64,000 nucleotides of DNA from Glaucostegus cemiculus (Eukaryota), in the NCBI GenBank assembly GCA_976551045.1, contig CDPCPM010000418.1:3410001-3474000 (forward strand), read 5' to 3'. The notes under the pieces are model-generated. The model was not told where the DNA came from and ran no database searches. It saw nothing but the letters and a program-made list of their open reading frames with translations. Below are positions 27,351-41,744 of this stretch, in pieces. Position numbers and translations under genes: made by a program. Every line of letters begins with the position of its first letter. Position 1 is the first letter of the stretch.

Positions 27351-28749
27351 GTAGCTGCATAAATTGTACACTTAGAATGAGTGACCAAGGACGGTGAGAA
27401 CTACAATGCACAAACATCACACAACAAATACAATGCAATGTAACACAAACATCCAAGAATGCAAAGACTTGGTACCACCACCACAGCCTTTAGCAGATTG
27501 CAACTCATTATACATTCAAGCTACCTAAAGCAGGTTAAGAGTTGTTTCAGCTTCAGCAGTTAGCAAGGAATTGGATGATAAGCATTGCGTATAAAGTAAC
27601 TAATACCAGCTCTCCATGGTTATTACCAATTAATACCCATGGAAGTGAACACAAGGGTAAGTGGATATGTGGATATTTTGATTTATGTCTCAGAATTCAA
27701 ATCCAACAACCCCCAACTGGCATTTGGTTAGGGCCTTTACCATTGTGGTGGATCGCAGGAGCAATTATCAAAAGAGTTTACACATGACACATTATGACAA
27801 CTAGCCAAAAACTTGATTGAAGGGGTGGGTTTTAGGAATGTCTTACAGGAGGAGAGAGTGGTAAAGGGCATTGGACAGGGAAGTACAAAATTGCTGCAGA
27901 AAAAAAATAATTAGAGACATGCAAGAAGCCAGCATTGGGATGAAATTCTCATCTGTCTCCTCGTTTAAAGATCTATTACCTAATGAGTTAGTGGTGCATT
28001 TCAAATCGGCATAGGTTATCCCAATCTCATCCATTGTTGACCGGATTTCCATTTTTCACTGTGAGGACAAAATGCATAGGGGAAATGAAAAGAAAATCTC
28101 TCTCTGACTCTAGAGGAAATTATTCCAGGAGTGGATATGAGGCACATTGTCAGAGCAGGGAAACAATGGATTTCATTCTACATCTGACTTGGTTAGATTT
28201 GATCTGAGAATGCACGCTTTTGCAATTTTTCATATTCCAGAAATAAAAATCATGATGCAATAATGATATCTATCTACATAAAACACTTTGTGCAATAATT
28301 AAATATCAGAAGTACGGCCTGGCATGGAACGTAAGTATATTGAGCACTGCAGTGTTGAGTCACACGCTCCTGCTCTATTTCCTGCAGTGTACCCAGTTAC
28401 ACCTTCCAAGGTGCCCTTTTGAGGTCCATAGTTCACTTTGTTGAAAGATACAGTGTGAGGAAGACATTTGGCCCTCATACCTGTAATGCCTTCATGAGTG
28501 CATTGAACATATCGTATATATGTCAGTAGACGTTCATGTACAAAGCAGCACACTTAAAATTATTTCCACATTGAGCATTTAAGCTGGCAGACTGAATGTT
28601 TGTAAAAGTATCCCAATGTTGAGAAGTAGGCAGAGAACACATATGAATCCACCATCAAACAAGATCACAGTTCAAATATGAACACACACAGATAGAAAGT
28701 CCACACAAAAAGGTACATTACAGAACTGCTCTAATGCAACTAACATATC

Positions 28750-30090
28750 AGTATATACATTTAATGAACTACTGTAAATCTAGTTTAGTAACTGGTTTTG
28801 AGAGCCCTTCTGATCTTACAGATTCTAATGCTGAATCTACTTTTGAACTACTCAATTATGGATCTGAACTCAAAGCCTCTGGTTTGTCAGATATGTTTGC
28901 ATTTGTCATTTCACATCCCAAAGTATCCAACTGGATCCAACTCAGACACAATTTCATGGTTGAGTTGTTCATTACCTAGATTTGATTCATGTTTAGTATT
29001 CACAAGATCAATATATTTTGATCTGTATGAAATCTAGATTTTGACAAAATTTCAGCCAGAAAAGTCTGGACTCCTCCAACCATTAGCATGATTCATAACT
29101 CTTATTTCTTTGAGCTTGATTTGTTATGTAGGCTGAGGACATGAACATGCTTGCTGTGTTTGAAAGTTCAGTGATTCTGATCAGTGTCATAGTGATGCCT
29201 TTGACTCAATTGTTTGACTCTGGAAGCTAAATTTAGTTGAGCAAAGTGAAGCGTGTTCTCAAGCACACTTCATAAAGAGTTCTGCAGCTGTACAGGCTGT
29301 GGTGTTGGCCTGTATTTCAGCAAGAAATTGGCTGTAATGTTTTGTTTTGAAGTTTGAATATCCCCACATTGGTTTCTCGAGAGCTTCTTTAACTATTCTG
29401 GCCAACCTTTGGGCTGCTCTGTTTGAAGCCAAATGGCATAAGAAGTGAGAGCAAGCTTGATACCATTCTGTTTTGTAAAGTTTGCCACTAGGATCATCAA
29501 AGTTGTGGGTCATTGTCAGAAATTCTCCAGGACATACGCATACAGTATGTTCAGTTGCAGTACATAAACCATGCATTTAAATTCAATCCACTTTGTGTGA
29601 TTGTGAATCAGTACCAGGAAGCTCACATTGTCTTTTGCACAAAAGTCTACATGTATTTTCTGAAAAAAATTCTAATAAGCCATAAACATGCAGAGGAGAT
29701 TTTGTGGGTTCTTCCTATAATTTTGGCAAAAACTGTTTGCTCACCAATGGATCAAGGTTACTGCCCAGAAGAGGCTGATAAGCAAAACCTCACACAGTTG
29801 CTCTCATATTGACTATTCCTATAGGTTCAGTATGGAGTTCAGACAAAATGTTCTCTCAGAGTAGTAGGTGCGCCACTCTCTGACCCCACTTGATGCATTT
29901 CTGCTCACTTGGCATCATTGTGATGAATGTAGAACGGTTTCAGTTCCTGCAACTTGGTCAAACTCTGCCCTTCCATTCAATACCTGTGTAGAGGCCATTT
30001 TGAACACTGGCTCTCTCTGTGTACACTCTCCATCAGGAAAACTGCTTCTACACTCACAAACCTTTCTTCTTCAATCTCCCAGGTAAATTC
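28750..30090 (-). mobile_element. Gypsy LTR-retrotransposon pol (integrase) remnant
   Basis: Minus-strand FQKIHVDFC...FLVLIHNHTKWIE, ASNRAAQRLARIVK and TTACTAAELFMK resemble Gypsy integrase motifs; no LTRs recognised. Confidence 0.7.
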
Positions 30091-31239
30091 ACCTTAAAAA
30101 AAAACATGTCCATTCACTGAATATAGAGGATGAATGGTTCTTGAGCTTAGTCAGAGATGCCTATATTGCCCCATTCCTATTCAAAATTGATTTATTTGTG
30201 GTAAGTCAATGCCATTGTCCCCTGCCACTGTGGCTTGCTGGACAATGTGTTCTCATTGGTATATGTTGGAGGCCTCAAATAATGAAATTCCCTGCAAGTG
30301 ATCATAAGAAAAAACCAGGAGAAAGCAAAGGTCATTAATATTCTTCAACAATTTACAACAAAATTATCATCCTCAGCACTAGTTTGAATATCTTCTTTGA
30401 GAAGTATGTTCTTGGCATCGCTAGGTCTGCTTCCGGAAAATAAGGTGGACTGGGTGAACCATGTGTCAATGGGAGAAACAGAGCTTCAAAGTCAGAAGAG
30501 ATCAAAGTTCAATGGAATGAACAGGCATTTGGCCAGTGTAAAATGGAAGCAAAGATTGAGGGGAAAATCTGTAATGGAACAATAGTTAATCTTTGAGGAG
30601 TAGAATTTTAGGAGCAGGCTAGGTATTACCCACAGGAGGGGAGGGAGGATTCTAGGGCTCCTTAGATGATGAGGAAGATAGGGAATATGAGAACCAAGAG
30701 AGGTTACATGCTGCACGTCAGGTGAATTCTTCCAGCAAGAACCAGCGCTTTAACAATGTTGACAAAGAAAATGAAGAAAATAAGAATGGCAAAGAAAGAA
30801 TATGAGAACATAATGGCAGTAACCCGCAAATCTTCAAACGGCATACACATTGTAAGTAGGTCGTAAGAACCAGGGCTGGGATCTATTAGGGACAAAGGAG
30901 ATGATTATAGGAGTCATAAAGTCATAAGTAATAGAGAGATGCAGCATGGAAACATGTTCTTCAGCCCACCAAGTCCGCGCCGACCATCAACCTCCTGTTT
31001 ACATGCTTGGAGATGCAGATCAAAGCTAGAGTACATCGTTTACTGAAGAAGAAGATGTTGACAAAATATTGGCAGAAGAGGAGATAGCAGGTAAACAGAT
31101 GAGGTAAAAATTAATCTGCATAAAAGGAAGATGTATGGTACAAAAAAGCAAAATGCTGGAGGAAGTCAGAGGTCAGGCTGTAGTGGGAATTGTACAGTTG
31201 GCATTTCAGGTAGATACCCTTCATCTGGAAGATGTATGT

Positions 31240-31660
31240 AGTTGTTGGAGATCAATCATCCCAAACCTAGGATATCATTGCAGAACATCCTCAGGGCAGC
31301 ACCCTAGCCCCAACCATCTTTAGTTGCTTCATCAATGACCTTCTTGTCATCATAGTCCGAAGTGGGTTTGTTCATTGAAAATCTTTACATTCAATTCCAC
31401 TTGCAGTTTCTCAGCAAATAAAGTAATCTATGGATGGATGCTTTAAGATCTAAGCAATATCCAAATAAGGAGTGATAAATGGCAGGTAAAGTCTGCACCA
31501 CAGGAGTGCCAGACAATGACCATTAGCAAGCTGACTGAGTATCCTGATTTTCAATGAGTCCCTCACCATCAAATCCTAGGGTCAGGAACTCAAGCGGACC
31601 AGCCACTTAAATATTACGGCTACCAGATTAGATTAGAGGCTGGATATCCCATGGTGAGTG
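31240..31660 (+). mobile_element. CR1/L2-group LINE (second family) RT fragment
   Basis: PQGSTLAPTIFSCFINDL and DKWQV motifs. Confidence 0.65.
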
Positions 31661-31859
31661 ACTGGTAGACTGAAAGTCTGTGAAATTGGTACACTGTCGA
31701 GAGGTAGGCACACCATATGGTTCTGCTGTCCAAAAGGATCACAATACAAACATACACATAAATACGGAGAACGTAGAACATCCATAATTAAAAATACATT
31801 ACAGTACCTATATCATCTCCTTGAATATGCCAAGTTTTTTTGAGAATTTAAAAAATGCG

Positions 31860-33150
31860 TCAATATATAACTGGAAACTTGTGCAGACAAGCAAGCACAG
31901 GGATGAAGGATGTTCAGGGCTTGGTGTGCGAGATAACCTCAGGTTCGTGGAGAATATAATGAGGAAGGCTAACCAGAACACAACCTAGAGGTAACTAAGG
32001 CAGAGGAGCGGAGGCAGATGCAGATGTTACAGAGGCAGAAGAACATAACTTCAGTGATGAGGTTTAAAACTCAACTCAGGATCAAGAATAACACCAACAT
32101 TATGAACAGTCTGGTTCTTTTTCAGATAGGTACCAGGAAGAAAGATGAAATCACAGATAGTGAAAAGAGTGTGATTTCACTCTTCCTGGTATTTTGTTAG
32201 AAAAAGTTTCTTTTCACCCAGTACTTGATGTTGAAAGTTAAAAGGGACAGTGGGAGGCTCAAAAGTAGTTCTGATGAGGTAAAACTGAATAGCCAGGATA
32301 TTAAGGAGAGCCTCAAGTCCACACAACCATCCATTCTTCTTCTACATTGCATGAGAGAGTAGGTGGGACTTCAGTTTAATTTTACAGTGCTGGCATGGAA
32401 CATGTTATGTAGATCTTATTCTCCAGTCTCCACTGTGGGCCTTGAACCCATGATCTTCTGATTCACAAGTGACAGCTCTGCCCATTGAGCCATGACCAAC
32501 ACTTTGAGGATGAAGGCATGATGCCCCACCTCTCCTCAGGAGAAATAAGGGCAGGAACACATGCTGTGTCAGTGCTACACTTAGAAAAACAGGCACTTTC
32601 CCCATTATCGCTTCACTGTGTTTAAAATTTGCACTAGAGAGCAGAAAAGCAAAAAGGCAGTATAGGCAACCTGTGCTTTGAGCAAGTGGTGGTAATGTCA
32701 GGATTAGATAAAGATAGAAATTTCATTAGGATAAATTAAAAGCTTTGAACCCTGGTATTACTGAATAGAAAGAGTGTGAGAGGGGAAGAAGGGAAGTAGA
32801 TCAGGGCACATTGGTTGGAATGAAATGGATTCAGATGAAATGTTCAATGGGATTTCAGTCACTTGATAGAGCTGAAGCTGGGGAGAACTCCAAAAACAAA
32901 TGGCCAATGTATAAGGGCATTGGTGTGATAGTAGGGATAGAAAAATCATCAAGAGTGAGAGAAGATGTAACCAAGCCAAGGGGAAGCTGTGAACTCAGGC
33001 TGATTAGCAAGATATCAACTTACAATTTTACAGCAATTTAACAGATAGAAATGGAAATAATGCATGATATCACATCGTAGGGCCTGAACAGATGAAACTA
33101 TCAATCAAAAATGATTTTTGGATCATGGAGTTGCTGAGGATTTGAGGCTT
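31860..33150 (-). mobile_element. Old L2 LINE fragments with interspersed SINE pieces
   Basis: Purine-rich reverse L2-like sequence (tggatgaaggatg...gagataacc); SINE head at about 32400-32500. Confidence 0.45.
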
Positions 33151-33309
33151 TTCCTTTACTACAATGAAATAACATTCTTGTCTTGTATCTTAGCAGCTCC
33201 TCTGGTGACCACAACTCTTTGAGTGAAGCAGCTTAAACAGAGTCTATGGAACCAAGAGACAGTGATCACGCGCAGTTGTACTCAAGGTGATGAGATGACC
33301 AATAAATGA

Positions 33310-33857
33310 ATGGACAACCCTACTATCAACAATATTTGGAGTATTGCGTGCATTTCTGGTCACCACAATACAGAACGGATGTGGAAGAGGTTCACCAGGA
33401 TGTTGCCTGGATGAAAGAGTATTAGCTATAAGGAGAGGTTGGACAAATACTGATTGCTTTCTCTGGAGTATCAGAGGCTTAGAGGCAACCAGATAGAAGT
33501 ATATAAAATTATGAGAGTCATAGTTAGGGTAGACAGAGTCTTTCTCCCAGGGTGAAAATGTCAAATACTCGAGGGCATATATAGCTTTAAGTTGAGAGGA
33601 GGAAGATTTAAAGAAGATTGACAAGGCCAGTTTCTTTTCCACATAAAGAGTGGTTGGAACCTGGAACGCGCTGCCAGGGGAGGTGGTAGAAGCAGAGACA
33701 ATAGCAATTTTTAAGAAACATTTAGACAGGAATGTTAAGAGGCAGGAAATGAAGGGATATAAACCACGTGCAGGGAACTATACACTTTAAATTGGATTCG
33801 TTGTCAGCACAGACATAATAGGCCAAAAGTCCTGTGCTGTACTGTTCTATGTTCTAA
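33310..33857 (+). mobile_element. CR1-clade (HER1-type) LINE 3' end
   Basis: LEYCVHFWSP, RFTRMLPG and WNALP motifs; tail ctgtgctgtactgttctatgttct. Confidence 0.85.
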
Positions 33858-33999
33858 TTGAGAAGATACGATATCAGTCAGGGTTCCCACTCCAGATAGT
33901 TAGGCAGGAAATTCCTCCCTAGCCAACGATCCTCTAACCCACTTCCTTACTGGAAGGTGTATATAAAGATGGAAGAACTATGGTAAATGGAATGAATTA

Positions 34000-34400
34000 A
34001 GAGAAAAAATTGAATTTCATTTTCTCAGGATCTCCAAAATTGCCTCACAACCAACGACATTCCTCTGAAGTGCAGTCTCTGTTGCAATGTAGGAAATAAT
34101 ATAGGTCAATTTGCACAAAGCAAGATCCAAAGCATGGTAATGTGATAATGGATGAATCACTTGGCTTTGGTGATGTTCAATTACATGCAAATATTGACCA
34201 ATATATGAGTGTTAATTCCCATACTCTTCAAATGGCGACATGGATCTTTTGTTCAGCTAAGACTATATAATTTATGATTCAAAGTATGTGATCTGACAGT
34301 GACAAATTCCCTCAGTAGTTCAAGAAAGTCAATGCAGATTTTGGAGGCTTTCAAGCCTCTAAATCCCTGACCTATGGATTCCAAGTCAAGGATCCTATCA
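34000..34400 (-). mobile_element. Deu-domain SINE
   Basis: gttgcaatgtaggaaa...aatttgcacaaagcaagatcc reverse Deu core. Confidence 0.6.
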
Positions 34401-35269
34401 ACTGAAACAGGAGATTATTTACATCTGCTTCCTGTCCCTTTCTGGAGCTATGCCAGCAGAATGTTTTAATGTTCTTCAGCATGACCAAAGGTTACAGCCA
34501 AAGTAATCTGGAACATGCACACATACCTCAGTATGCTGAAAGCTAGAAGCACATAAAGCCCCAGAGAAATCGTGCTGAGGGGAAACGAGAGGCTGTCAAG
34601 CAATAAATGTGGTCATCAGTGTTTCAATAACATGGGTCTCAAGGCTTGAAGGGCCAAATATCATGCTCCCCTGGACAATGTACTGGGCCCTGCTGGGAAG
34701 AGGTGAGACACACAGCTGTTGGATAATGTCAGGATTTGGATGGGTTTGTGCTCAAAGGTTTGCTATTCTAGTGGCACTCATAGGTCTAGATTCTTACATA
34801 CAAGGAAGGTGAATGAGCAGAAAACCGCAGTAGCACATTAGTGAGGGTCAGTGTCTTCATGGCAGGAAGGCCAAAGCAAAAGGAAGTGCACCCAAGACAT
34901 AAAAAACAACAAGATTAATCATCTAAATTTAAGGCATGGACAAAAAAAACATGCCTGGCCAACTGTTTCAGTTTATAATGCACTCCAACCTCATGATTAG
35001 GTTCCAGCCTTTAATTAATTCCAAGGTATCTTATTCCACAAATGGACACCATTCCCCGCTGTCCCCCTTAACCACTCAATTATATTCCAGTTTGTAACTC
35101 ATTCCAGAGTATGCTTTACTCTATACTTAAGCCAACTATCTAGCCTCTCTCGGTTATGGACCTCTCAATTTATATTTTTTTTCTGAAGCAGTGTTACTGT
35201 TATGTCAGTAAAGACACCAGAAAGATCCAACAATCAACAATGATATGAAAGACTACAAAAACAACATTG

Positions 35270-35800
35270 GCTCTATTTATCATTGGTTGAGGATAAATTG
35301 TTGCTCAAGACACAGAGAATTCACTCCTCTACTTCAAATTATGCAATGGGTATCTTTAACAATCAGCTCTGAGCTTTGGGCCTTTTAACATCTACCCATG
35401 AAGCACTCAGTTTAATGTCTCATCTGAAAGCAAGCCCCTCCAATAGTACAGTGCAACCAAAGTGCTGCAGTGGGAGCGTCAGCCTACAAGATTAAATAAA
35501 GAGCAGAAATTTATACAACACCTTTCATGACCAAAGGAAATCCAGAAGTGTTTTTGTGTCAACAAATTACTTCTGAAAGTTACTCTATTGTAATGTAAGA
35601 AAAAAAGCAGACATTTTGCACATAGCAAGGTCCCAGAAGTAGATAACCTGATCCACGTGAATAGCTTCAGCTGCAATGAATAGCTTAGTCCTTTAAGGAT
35701 TAACACCTTTGCTGATTTTTATTATGTCAGTTGAGCAATAAATATTTCCCCGGGCAACTGGGTAAAACACCACTGCACACTAGTGCCATGGGATCTTCTA
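35270..35800 (-). mobile_element. Two adjacent Deu-domain SINE fragments
   Basis: ggttgaggataaattgttg; ttgcacatagcaaggtccca; tagtgccatgggatctt. Confidence 0.55.
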
Positions 35801-37748
35801 CTATCATTTGCTGAATACTTTGCACTTCATTGACTTAAGTATAAAATAAGTGCTACATAGATATAACTTTCTTTTACAGGGAATCAGAACATCAAGGATG
35901 TCAACTGGGTAAAAATTGGCTTATCTGGTTCACATACTTGGAGGCCATGCCCAAAGAGAGCTTCCAGAATACTGGCTAAAATGTTGCCGAGAAATCTTTG
36001 GAGCTCCATCTCCTTGTATTTCACCCATTGCCTTCTCCATCTCTTTAACCCCCATGAAAGTATGGTTGGCCCCACTCCACAACACAACAAAATCAGCAGC
36101 ACATTTTGCAAGGAATTATAAGGAAGCATCCGCATCCTTGAAGATTCTGAATGAAAACATATCCCTAGCACTACTAACACTATTGAGTTTATGAGGAACT
36201 GGATTGTACTCAGGCTGAAAGTGGTACACAAGATGAATACTTAATTCATGAATGCATAAAAGTTCTATTACCTCACAACGTTAACAATACAGTTGTTTGA
36301 AAACCACACCACTGGAATTTATCAGTTTTACACAATAAGCACCAAGATTATCTGTGATCCACATAACTGTAACATTTATTAATATTGTACAAAATGCAAC
36401 AATAATAATCCTTCAAAGCAGCATACAATCAATCATAACAAGCAAAAGGAAGCAATTTTGTGCAATGAATTTCAAATTCAGAGTAAAATTGAAAAAGTAA
36501 AAATCAAATTCTGCACAGATGTTTTATATCATTTGCACAAGACTTTCCTTTTCTCTCTCTCTCTTTCACTTAACACACTAGTATATACAACTTCTCACAC
36601 TGGTACATACTCATAGCCACATTTTCACACAGATACATACAAATACCTTTACAAACGACATGCAAACTCGCACACAAAAACACACTCACATAAACACAAA
36701 GAGGTGTGTGCGCGCACACACACACACTCGGTAAAATGATACCCATTGGGAAAGGAGATAGATAAGGAGAGAATAAGGTGGGGGGGGAAGCCAATTAAGA
36801 GTGAGTGTATAATTCAGACAGTGAAGTAATAGAGGAGAGAACATAAAGTACTTGGAAAATGGGAAGTGAGAATAATGTAAGTTGGGTACCAAGGGGTTAA
36901 ACATTGACTGCATTTTCTTAGAAAATATCAGCAAGTATTGAAATATGCATGAGTTGTTAATTATTTGACACTACGATTATTTTGTTTTAGGTAGAATACA
37001 GTTTGATTCTCCAGACCTCGATACTGCAATGTTCTGTCAACTATTTGCATAAAGGTACAATTATACGGCAGCATTAATTCAGCTTTAGGGGAAAAACATT
37101 AATCATAAAATGTAGTGGAAATTTTGAACCAGAAAAAAGTTTCCAGGATACGTGGGATAAAATCTCAGGGCTGCTAAATTTCCAGCAAAGGCACATTGTT
37201 ATCTTTTTAATACAATTTGACAAAGGGCTTTTGGGGGTTGACCCCTAGTCTCGCCAGGCTGAAAGCACAAAGCCAGCTATTCACGCACCCTCGACTACAG
37301 AGCACCGAGCAAGTCGGACGAGCATTAAAAAGGACAAGGATTCAGGGGAAGGGGGAGGGGTCATAGTAAGTATAAAGGTCTTTTCTAAAAGTGTGTATAT
37401 TTGTGTGTGCCTACATTTGTGTGTGTGTGTTTCTGCATGTGTGTGCATGTATGCGCACGTGTGCGTGTCTGTGACAAGCAGAGATGAGAAAATACACAAC
37501 TTCCAAGGAACAATCTCTGAAATTATTTGATGATTACAAGCTCTAAAGCAACTTATTTCGTACAAGTAACACTACCAAAATATATCAAAACCCATACAGA
37601 TTCCTATTTTCTGCATGAAATTATTAGTTAAGTCAAACAGACCAGAACATGTGCTCAGAAGTATTCCTTCAACTTTAAGAAATAATCATTCAAGAAAAGT
37701 CTCTGAACTAGTAAGAAACATTAGCCATCCCTCAGCCTGTGTACTGAC

Positions 37749-38060
37749 CTACTGGAGTCCTCGATTCCACAGGTTGCTCAGCTTTTTTAGTAAACTTCCC
37801 CTCTTGCATTCTCTCTTCCCAAAGAGATTTTTTTTGTTCTATTCCTGCAAACAATGCGTTTCCTCGGTTAAAGTTCAGTCAGGAAAGTCTACATTTTGTC
37901 AGCTTATCTGCTCAGAGGGGGCACTATCAATCAGGTGTCCCTCTTGCAAAGTAAAATCCACTCTATATAATCTTCCGGCGAGTTCAGGCTACAAGGCTTT
38001 GACGGACATGGAGAGTGAACGGAGCATGCTCAGACCAACAAGCTGCGCTCGAACACTTTT
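37749..38060 (-). promoter_or_regulatory. CASZ1: Promoter and non-coding first exon of a minus-strand gene (inferred CASZ1); TSS approximate
   Basis: Local CpG retention, ETS site (cttccgg near 37972), CTCF-like cagagggggcacta (37913-37926), donor TAG|GTCAGT at 37748; compatible with the acceptor at 5308. The gene name is inferred. Confidence 0.5.
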
Positions 38061-39379
38061 AATGCACTTACTCCCTCCCAATGGTAGCTCCTTCTGCAAG
38101 TCCACACCCCCTAGAAGCTAGGAATGTACAAAGTCCAGACAACGCACTACCCAGACAAGCTTCTCGTTCCCTCCCTCCACTTCAACCCCTCCACCACCCC
38201 ATCCCCCCCGCTGAAGATCAATAAACCTGGAACCACAGCTTGTGACCCATGGGTCAGATTGCCAAATAAGAGAGGCAGGCTAGATTTTCAGACGAGAGCC
38301 TCTGACCCCTTTTCACACAGCTCCGTTCCAGTTACAAAGTCGCTCAGCTTCTACAAAACAAGTACACCAGCTCACAGCTATACATTTCAACGAGACTTGT
38401 TGTAGAAAGATCCAAAAGTTGTCCTGGAACCATTATATGTTAAAATCTCCCTTCTTTTCTTTAGAGGGTTTTATTTCTTATTTGGTACTGCAAAAATTCA
38501 ATGCAAGAAACACAGAACAATAAAAGCAAGTGTGTGTTTGTGTGTTATACCTGCAGGACAGTGTGATATACAGGATAGTGCAGAAACTGTACTGGGCTGT
38601 ACACACAATGAAGCACAAGTTAGCCCGTGTAAACATTAGTCTGTAAATACCAAGCATTTAACTTTCAAAAAGAACTTTAACATATATTTGAAAAGGAAAA
38701 AGGTGGCCAATATGAAACAGCAAGAGGGCTAGCAGAACCAGAGATGGCCAAATGGTCTCTTATGCCACAAAATTCCCTGAATTATACACAGGATAATTAA
38801 ATAAAGGATAAAGAAACAATTTGGTATAACTACTCTGCACTGGTGTTCATACTCCACACAAGTCTCCACCCATTCCTGATACTTCAGCTCTGCCTCTTGG
38901 CTACATTTCTATTTCCTCTTCCCTCAGTATTCATCTAAATCCCTTTTAAAATTAACTACACTATTAACTTATGGGCTGTATTATTTACTACAAATATTAT
39001 TTTACAGGCTGGTTTGGATTATTTGTAAGATATTGCACAAACAGTGCTATGTCATACACAGGACACAGGCAGGACTGCATCATACACAGGTCCATGCACA
39101 GTACATTGCTAATAAGAGTTTTACTTGAAAATTGAGACATTCAGTATAATGCTCTTATAGATCAATCTGATTCAGTTGTATTCCTGTGTATGCACAGTTG
39201 GTTTTAAGATGGGTTGGATTAATCTATTCTTTGTATTCAATGAAGACAAATTTTCACAGCAAATTCTGAAAATTTATGGACCATGTGATTACAATGCCCA
39301 GAAATATTGGGGAAAAGCTGGGCTTGACTGGTTACATGAAAACAGTTAATAGCAAATCACCGTATACTGAAGCTTTGTC

Positions 39380-39765
39380 CCATTTAAACCTCTGCCCAAT
39401 TAACCCTGACTGCTTAACTCCCAGCCTGTTTAACCCCCTTCCTGATAACCCCCTGATTAATACCATTCCCTGCCTGGTGAACACCCTGTTTGATTAACTC
39501 CTCTGTTAATAATGAGGAACTGATCACTCCCTCCCTACTTAATTCTCATTCAGCACCCTTATCTGTTTAACCCTTCCCCAATTAATTCCCTGACAATTTA
39601 CCCCCTGCACAATTAATGCCAAACTACTTAACTCCTTCTTCACCAATTCCTCTTAGCTCCTTTTAACTCACTGCCTAATTAATCCCCAGGTAAATAAGTG
39701 ATTAACAACTGATTGATTAACTCCTTGGCCATTTAGCCCCCTCTGGCTATTTTATCCCCCTCTGC
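39380..39765. repeat. Degenerate TTAAC(C/T)CC-based repeat cluster
   Basis: Many ttaaccc/ttaactcc/ttaattccc variants at irregular short spacing. Confidence 0.6.
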
Positions 39766-41744
39766 TGAAGCTGAAGGAAAGAAAAGAAATCAGGTGTGCG
39801 TGAAACTGGTTGTCATCCCGGACATTGGCTCCATCTGTGTTAGGAGTGATCATACAGTACAAATTTATTTTAAAACAATCTCCCTTATGCATGACAAAAT
39901 AGAGGGCTCGATACAATTTTCTAGTTAAAAGGTGCAAGTTGTTTCCTAGAATAAAGGTATGAACCAAGCCAGAGAATGAGAGTTTGCATAGAAGGGATCT
40001 GATTGGTTTAGGATTATTTTTAGTGTTAGGGTTCAAGTGAAAATTCTTTGATGTAAATTAGACGTAAAGATGCTCAGTAATAAACCCAGAGGAATCAAAG
40101 ACTGCAAATAACTACATTACATCTTCTAATCCTCCACCTATTTGCACGTTGCTTACCTTCCACGAAAATGTCTATCTTGTTGCTTTTCATTGACCCAGAT
40201 CTAATTTCTTGCCACTTTGGATTTGGCCTGTTGCTCAGCAACAGTTCTGGTTCCCTGCAACATATATAATTATCAGCCATTTCGGGAAAATAAAAGTAAA
40301 AGTCAGCTTAAATACTTATTGTTAAAATACACTGGTGTGTGAGAGGAAGAAATGATCTGTATTTATACCTTTCAATGGTTTTCCAAGTAGGCCATGAGTT
40401 AAGTCCCAGTCTTGCATCTGGTCTGTTTGCCAATTCTCCCGGATTGCCCTTGAGTCCATGGGAATGAACAATGAAACTCCAGGACATTGCTGAGAAAATC
40501 AGGAAGAAAAATATGAACTAAGATAATGTTTTCTTCAATTTATTTTGAATACTTTAGATTATTAGTTATGAAAGTATTTGAGATGGTGAAAGAGAAGGTG
40601 GGAAATCATGGGAGGAAACCTTCAGATATGTGGCCAACCAGAGCTGGCAACCGTAGTCAAATGCCCAATGAAAGGGTTCATGCTTATGTAAGGCAGTTAA
40701 CCAAAACATTTTATACACAGAAACTAATGAGCACACAGACTTTTATTTCCCTGCATTAAATGCCTAAAATAATGTAACTGCACCCAATGTGCTTCATAGC
40801 AGTGCTATCAAATTAAATAACATACTACTGAGCCATATAAGGAGGCATTAGGGTAGATAACCTAAAGCTTGGTCAGCGTGGGAAGTTTTAGGAGCAAAAT
40901 AAAGGAACATAACAGACAGTTTTCCAGAGCAAAACACTTTGGCAGCTGAAGGCAGTGACATTAAAACTTGGGGAGTTGTTGCCTAACCAGGGCCCAATAT
41001 GGTTCAACGAGCAGAGGCCTGCTGGAACACAGACAGCTTAGTTCTGGATGACCTCTAATCTACAGAGAGTAGAATGGGGATGATGGCCAAGCTTGTATTG
41101 GAATAGTCAAGTTGAGAGGTCAAAAGGACAGGAAGTAGCTTTTTTACATAATGAGGTTAAGGTGGTAAACATTTTCAGGGTTAGAAAACCTCACACTACA
41201 GTCAATTATGGACAGAGTCACTAGTTAGTGATCAAAGATCACTACTGGTTGATCAAAGATCAAAATCAATTCCAAAACCACATAAGTTTCCATATGGTTC
41301 TTGGAAGAGCTAATAGTCCAGACATTAAATTTGAGAACATTCACAGCTTTCATCTGTACATTTGGCAAAAGAGTCACCAAACCAAAGTACTGTACTCTGC
41401 AAGAGAGATTAACTGCTTCCTGTCACTCAATTTGATGACGCAATTTGTAGTGAAAATCATCCACCAAATTTATCAGGGGCCAATTTTCTTCTCATGCAGC
41501 TATTCAAATCTAAAAGGTTACAAGATGTTGCTAATTCCATCTGGATGGTAGTGCACTGACAGGATTCAGATATCCTGGAAATCATTACTCACTGCCCAGG
41601 TGCAAGTGGGACAAATAAATGGAACACACATATCTGTGGGAATGGAAAATTGCTCATCAGTGAAATTTAAAGAGATAGGAAGTGTTAAAAGGGCAAGTCA
41701 CAGATTACACAAGCAGTGTACAAACTTTATCATGGCACAGAGTG

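Noticed and set aside
37615-38121. 168-aa plus-strand ORF
   Set aside because: Antisense to the promoter/first exon; no domain similarity.
40020-40035. gttagggtt as a telomere or telomerase RNA template
   Set aside because: Single partial unit with no array or telomerase RNA context.
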